DNA from: an uncultured Planctomycetia bacterium
GTDB lineage: Bacteria; Omnitrophota; Gorgyraeia; Duberdicusellales; 4484-171
Reading direction: 5' to 3'
Length of the DNA stretch: 64,000 bases
Assembly: GCA_964629655.1 (NCBI GenBank)
Contig: CAZVQU010000001.1
Coordinates: forward strand, 548,056 to 612,055
A program made the translations under genes and the position numbers. This document shows positions 59,089-64,000 of the stretch, in pieces. Every line of letters begins with the position of its first letter. The stretch's first letter is position 1. Below the pieces are notes generated by a model. It searched no databases and was not told the DNA's origin. It was given only the letters and a program-made list of their open reading frames with translations.

Positions 59089-59886
59089 ATGTATCTAGAA
59101 CTATATGGTTTAAAAAGTTCTCCCTTTAATATAACCAGTGACCCTCAGTTTTTCTTTGAGAGCCTATCTCACAAAGGGGCCTTGGCTGCCCTTATCTATG
59201 GTATCCAAGAGAGAAAAGGAATAATTTTGATCACTGGGGAGGTAGGTACAGGAAAGACCACTCTTTGTAAGGCCCTTTTAAAAAGGTTGTCTTCGGAAGT
59301 TAAAACTTCTTTGATCCTTAACCCTTATTTTAGTGAAGTCCAACTCTTACAAGCAATAGTCGAAGATTTTGGTTTAGAGATAAAGAAGAAGAGCCGGCTA
59401 GATATGGTCGAGAAGCTAAACTCTTTTCTGGTAAATATTAGCTTATCAGGGAAGAATGCAGTTTTAATTATCGACGAAGCCCAAAATCTCACCAATCGGC
59501 AATTAGAGCAGATCAGGCTTCTCTCTAACTTAGAAACAGCAAAAGAGAAACTATTGCAAATTATTCTGGTTGGCCAACCGGAGTTAAAGGAAAAACTTAG
59601 CAAATTTAACTTAAGACAGATTCGACAAAGAGTTTTTGTAAAACATGACATTTTTCCTTTAAGGGAGGAAGAAGTTAAAGAGTATGTAGAATATAGACTT
59701 CAACAGGCCGGTACAAATGATGTTAATATTTTGCCCGAAAGCTATAAGGTAATTTATGAATTCTCCAAAGGCATACCCCGTCTGGTCAACATGATCTGTG
59801 ATCGGGCATTGCTTCTGGGGTTTGTTAATGAGAGCAAAATTTTTGATCAGGAGATGTTTAGAATCTGTATGGAGGAGCTCCTATGA
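59089..59886 (+). CDS. ExeA/GspA-family AAA ATPase
   Basis: MYLELYGL..SPF, ITGEVGTGKTT, IIDEAQNL, ILVGQPEL, GIPRLVN. Confidence 0.9.
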   Translation: MYLELYGLKSSPFNITSDPQFFFESLSHKGALAALIYGIQERKGIILITGEVGTGKTTLCKALLKRLSSEVKTSLILNPYFSEVQLLQAIVEDFGLEIKKKSRLDMVEKLNSFLVNISLSGKNAVLIIDEAQNLTNRQLEQIRLLSNLETAKEKLLQIILVGQPELKEKLSKFNLRQIRQRVFVKHDIFPLREEEVKEYVEYRLQQAGTNDVNILPESYKVIYEFSKGIPRLVNMICDRALLLGFVNESKIFDQEMFRICMEELL

Positions 59887-60389
59887 GCATAATCTATGAA
59901 GCCTTGAAGAAAGTAGAGGGCCAGAAGGAGATCTTATCGCCCCAAAGCACTCCTGGGAGTATGGTTTTTCCAGTAGATAGAAAAGAAAAAAGGGTCAACA
60001 AAGAAAAGAAGATATTTCTTTTGCCAGTAGTTTTGCTTTTAGTAGCCTTAGTTATCTCGGCTTTACCATTCATTTTGCCGCTTCAAAAGCGAAAGGTTGT
60101 GACTTCAGTGGTCGATAGGAGAGAAATCGATCCGGCTAGAGTCTATAGAATCACTGAGCCTAAAAGCCAAGTCCCTGAAGAAATAATTTTAGGGAAAGAA
60201 CCTGTTCAAGAGTACATCCTTGAAGGGATTATCTACGATCCAGAAGCTCCTTCTGCGCTTATTAATGGAAGGGTTATGAACGAGTCGGACAACTTAGGTA
60301 ACTTCCGTATAGATAGGATTAGTGAGAATAATGTTGAGATGATCAATACCGAGGATAACAATAAAGTGATTCTTTCTTTGCCTAATTAA
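59883..60389 (+). CDS. GspB/ExeB-like protein
   Basis: MSIIYEALKK N-terminus, one TM, LEGIIY...ALING; follows the ExeA-like gene. Confidence 0.75.
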   Translation: MSIIYEALKKVEGQKEILSPQSTPGSMVFPVDRKEKRVNKEKKIFLLPVVLLLVALVISALPFILPLQKRKVVTSVVDRREIDPARVYRITEPKSQVPEEIILGKEPVQEYILEGIIYDPEAPSALINGRVMNESDNLGNFRIDRISENNVEMINTEDNNKVILSLPN

Positions 60390-60409
60390 CCAGCCAAGCA
60401 ATTTCAATC

Positions 60410-62083
60410 TTACCAGTTGAGAAAATCTTTGAAAATATCTTTTATTCCGTCAATTTTATCTAGGGCCGGGATTAAGGAGATATGAGTGGTATATACGGGG
60501 TTTTTTATAGTTCCGCTTATGCTAACAGAAAAAGCTCCTTCGTCTAAGAAAGCAGCCAGATATTTCTGCAGGCCCTCTGAAGAGTCTATGACCTCTTGGC
60601 TAAATTGAGGAAAAAGCATAAAATCAATATTACCTACAGTAGTTATTTTACCTTTTCCTTCTATATTCATCTGGGTAGCGTTTAACTGAAAGTTCTCAAA
60701 GAAAATATCTCCGCCTTCAAAAAAGAGATCGCTGTAAGCTCTTTTAAATACTATATTCTCAAAACCCGGAATAGATAAAAATTTACCTAAACCTTTTAGG
60801 AAGTTTATCTGGTAGATATCCCCTTCACTAATAAGGATTTTCCCCTCACCGAGTAAGTTTTGCCATTTAAAGAGATCAAGGCTTCTTAAATTAGCCTCAA
60901 GGGATAATTTCCCGCGTGGTTTTTTTCCTTCCATGTTTAATTCATACATAGTTTGGGCGATATCTATATTATTGGCGGTTACACTTAGATTTCCCCTGTT
61001 GCTGGAAAGGCTTAACGCTCCTTTAAGATTAATCTCCCCTCCGCCTACCTCAGCTTTAAGAGGGGAGATGGTGAGCTTATCTTTATCCCTGAGAAGCCCA
61101 ACTTTTATGTTTTTTACTTTAAAATCTTTAACTTTTAACTCTTCAGAGGTACTACTGAGTTTGATCTTCCCTTTGTCTTGATCGGATTCCTTGCTAATAG
61201 AAAATTCTAGGTCTAGTGAGCCTTGAGGGTCTAGTTTAGATAGAAAAGAAGGCTTGGGCTTAAAACTATCGCGAGCCTCGAGGAGAGCACTAAAGCTTGT
61301 ATAACCTTTCCCTTGAATTTCTACCCAGGGGCTCTTAAGGCCTATATTTACCTCAGCGGTAATTTCAGTGTCTTTACCTTCGATAATAAACTCCGACACT
61401 TTCAGCGTTTCTCGATTAGCTGCAACTTTAGCTTTTAAATTGCAAAGATTGCTGGTGATTTCTAAGCCTATCTTTGGAGATGAGAAATTTTCTATTTGAA
61501 CAGTTGCCTTTAAGGGTAGATTTTTATAGATTAGCTCGGACTTAGTCAAAAATAGCTTATCTTTTTTCAGAAAACCTTTTGCCTGGATTTCTTTGATGTT
61601 TTTAAGCTTGGAGAAGTACCCATCTTTTATCTGGTAGTTGATATGATAGTCGAGTTCTTGCCTAAGGATTTTCAAGTAACCCAGAAGCTTGATATCTCCT
61701 TTAAGGTCTATATCTTTGGCAGTGAGCTTTAACACATTTGCCTCGAGCTCACCTTTTAAAGAGATTACTTCGTCTATTTCTATATCTAAATCCCCTTTTT
61801 TAACATAACCGGCTATAGGAAGTTTTATACATTTATTAAGCTGGTTGAGGTCAAGGTCTTCTATAGAAGCTTTTACTTTTAACGACTTATTTTCGGGGCT
61901 ATACTCACCTTTTAAATCTATTTTATTAATAAAAGAGAGTTCCAGGCTTGTTTTTGAAGGATTTCTAAGGTCAAGAGAGACATATATGCTGTCAGAGGTT
62001 TTTACATCGATAAATTTAGACTCGGCTGTAAAGAGGGGAGAAATCGAGAGGATAGCTAAAAGGGATAGTATTATGCGAAACAT
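60410..62083 (-). CDS. AsmA-like protein
   Basis: N-terminal signal/anchor, long beta-strand repeats, C-terminal V.ISGTIKNP motif. Confidence 0.7.
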   Translation of the reverse strand: MFRIILSLLAILSISPLFTAESKFIDVKTSDSIYVSLDLRNPSKTSLELSFINKIDLKGEYSPENKSLKVKASIEDLDLNQLNKCIKLPIAGYVKKGDLDIEIDEVISLKGELEANVLKLTAKDIDLKGDIKLLGYLKILRQELDYHINYQIKDGYFSKLKNIKEIQAKGFLKKDKLFLTKSELIYKNLPLKATVQIENFSSPKIGLEITSNLCNLKAKVAANRETLKVSEFIIEGKDTEITAEVNIGLKSPWVEIQGKGYTSFSALLEARDSFKPKPSFLSKLDPQGSLDLEFSISKESDQDKGKIKLSSTSEELKVKDFKVKNIKVGLLRDKDKLTISPLKAEVGGGEINLKGALSLSSNRGNLSVTANNIDIAQTMYELNMEGKKPRGKLSLEANLRSLDLFKWQNLLGEGKILISEGDIYQINFLKGLGKFLSIPGFENIVFKRAYSDLFFEGGDIFFENFQLNATQMNIEGKGKITTVGNIDFMLFPQFSQEVIDSSEGLQKYLAAFLDEGAFSVSISGTIKNPVYTTHISLIPALDKIDGIKDIFKDFLNW

Positions 62084-64000
62084 ATCCTGACAGAGAGTTC
62101 TTTTTTCTTTATCTTTGTTAGTTCGGACTTTTTTATAATATACTTATTATCAAGTTTAAGGATCCTTTTCCCTTCAAAAAGCACCTTTTTTATTTTTGAG
62201 CTTTTTCCTTTTAGATAAAAGATTCGAATTGTTTTTCCAGACAGAGCATAGGTAGTCTCGAGAGTGGTTTTGAAAAAGTCTGATGGCATGAGTTTTGGAG
62301 TCAAAACAATGTCACCCAACTCAAAGCCGACTCCTAATATTTCCTCTACCAGGGTATAGATATACCAGCTTGCTGAGCCGGTGAGGTAAAGATAAAGGCC
62401 AGCTCCGGCGTTATTAAAATACTCTGGGATTGAAGGATAGATCTTTGCTCTTTCGGCAGTAGCCATCTTATAGATTGAACTTAAAGCAAGGGAGCCTTCT
62501 TTTATAAAACTACGTCGGTATAGGGAATTAGCCAGCATTACTACCATATGGTTAAAAAATGCCCCATTTTCCTTATCGCCATAAGAAAAAGAAAAAGCTC
62601 TTCCTAAATCAAGGCAAGATCGGCCAAAGTTTGTGTTAAGCCTAAATCCGCCAAAGGGTTTGTCGTAGAGATGATTTTTTATTGAACCCCAGATTTTCCT
62701 AATCTGTTTCGGAGTAGCTACTCCGCTCATTATGGCAAAGACCTGGGAGGAGAGGTTCATTCTTGTTTTTCCCTCCACCCTTTTTCCTTTATTGTCATAA
62801 TAACCGTTAAAGGAACCTGATTTTAACCACTCTTTTTTATTTAGCCAAAGGGATAAATGGTTACTCTTTTTCTCTAAGTCATAGATTAACCTGTCAATTC
62901 TTACCTCTTGTTTTTCTCCGCTTATATTTTGAGATGTTTCTAAATACTTTTCTAATCTTTTTTGTTTTTCTTTAAAATGATTGTAATTTATTGGCTTATT
63001 TATTTGATCCAGAAGAAGAGACAATTCTTTTATCAAAGATACTTTTTCTGTTTTTTTGCCCAAATGTTTTAGGAAAAAACATATATTTTTTAAATTATGA
63101 GCATACATAAAGCTAAAAGTAACGCTTTCTCCTAACTTAGAAGCCATATCTAATCCATCATTCCAATCAGCATTTTCCAAGCGGATAATATTATGCTTAC
63201 CTACATTAAAGAAAGAAGTTAAATGTTGAACTAAGAGGTGTTCTAAAATGCTGCCTTTGTGGATATCGCCTTTGTTGTTTCGCAGGAGAAAGTCTTTTTG
63301 ACAAAATTTAGAGTCTACTTCTTTTGCTCTTCTTAGAAGATGATCTCTAAAGTAAGTGGCATTTTTATTAAGGATTCCTAAATTCCCAGTCCTATTTATA
63401 TACAGGCCTAGAGTGATAAGAGGCCAAATGCCATGGTCGGACCAGACTCGGCTTATTTTATTCCGGTCTGAAAGCAAACTTCCCTTTTTAGTAATTATGG
63501 TGGCGTTTGAGCCGTCAATTCTTACTCCCTTAAAGCTATTCAAGAGTAAGGCTTTTGCTTTATTAGGTTCGTTAATCAGTAGTGTTAAAGCATCTTGCCA
63601 GAGATCGCGCCAGCCTCGGCCACCCTTGCCATAATCAAAGTGTGGTAAGAATGAACAGCCGAATAATTTCCGCAAAGACGGTTGTAATTTTACCCAGAGA
63701 AGCCAGTTATTAAAGGCCTTATCTTTAAAATCAAATTCTATTCTTGAAAGATAATCAAGCCAGTATTTTTTTGTTTCTTCAAAAATTCTTTTAATTTTTG
63801 CTGAAGAGTTTATCTTACTAAAAGTGGCCATTATTTTTTGCTTAGGATTTTTGCTAGAGCCTGAATCAACTCCCATGATAAAAAAATAATTTACGCTCTC
63901 ACCTTTTTTTAGTTTTTTATCTTTGAATCTAAATGCTGCCACAGCCTCTTTTCCTTGGAATTGATCTCTTTCTTTCCTAACTGGTTTTACTTCTTCCTTA
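62071..64000 (-). CDS. GH94-like glycoside phosphorylase (5' end beyond the window)
   Basis: GRGWRDLWQD, ADWNDGL, GESV, ENGAFFNH, LTGSASW; frame stays open to the window edge. Confidence 0.8.
   Translation of the reverse strand, partial: KEEVKPVRKERDQFQGKEAVAAFRFKDKKLKKGESVNYFFIMGVDSGSSKNPKQKIMATFSKINSSAKIKRIFEETKKYWLDYLSRIEFDFKDKAFNNWLLWVKLQPSLRKLFGCSFLPHFDYGKGGRGWRDLWQDALTLLINEPNKAKALLLNSFKGVRIDGSNATIITKKGSLLSDRNKISRVWSDHGIWPLITLGLYINRTGNLGILNKNATYFRDHLLRRAKEVDSKFCQKDFLLRNNKGDIHKGSILEHLLVQHLTSFFNVGKHNIIRLENADWNDGLDMASKLGESVTFSFMYAHNLKNICFFLKHLGKKTEKVSLIKELSLLLDQINKPINYNHFKEKQKRLEKYLETSQNISGEKQEVRIDRLIYDLEKKSNHLSLWLNKKEWLKSGSFNGYYDNKGKRVEGKTRMNLSSQVFAIMSGVATPKQIRKIWGSIKNHLYDKPFGGFRLNTNFGRSCLDLGRAFSFSYGDKENGAFFNHMVVMLANSLYRRSFIKEGSLALSSIYKMATAERAKIYPSIPEYFNNAGAGLYLYLTGSASWYIYTLVEEILGVGFELGDIVLTPKLMPSDFFKTTLETTYALSGKTIRIFYLKGKSSKIKKVLFEGKRILKLDNKYIIKKSELTKIKKKELSVRICFA

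Overview
AT-rich bacterial chromosome segment spanning the replication origin. The gene style suggests Candidatus Omnitrophota or another PVC-related lineage; this is an inference and has not been checked. From left to right: a pyrR-pyrB-pyrC operon with a PyrR attenuator, rsmI, glmS, tRNA-Glu, then gyrA-gyrB-dciA-dnaN-dnaA with DnaA boxes and DnaA-trios, rpmH-yidD-yidC (no rnpA), four variant parS sites before parA-parB, ndk-yicC-gmk-rpoZ and four tRNAs. A lower-GC island starts at tRNA-Asp (about 20.2 kb to at least 34.1 kb). It carries a large serine recombinase that reads into the tRNA, an XRE switch, and the most interesting module in the window. That module is an ECF sigma factor, a soluble zinc-binding anti-sigma-like protein and a 1909-aa membrane protein (CHAT caspase-like protease, one TM helix, TolB_N-like domain, TPR array), followed by three tiny secreted proteins. 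The same motif, GTTGGTTTT-N12-TGTCTATTG, precedes both the anti-sigma gene and the small-protein operon. After the island come several small cassette-like insertions, including an integrase-less 807-bp island in tRNA-Met, then housekeeping genes. A large type IV pilus/T2SS-like locus follows (two PilB-like ATPases, a stand-alone MshEN protein, a degenerate GGDEF protein, and two pilins flanking a Thr-type sulfatase-fold enzyme). The window ends with an AsmA-like gene and a partial GH94-like phosphorylase. All calls come from motif recognition by eye; no searches were run.
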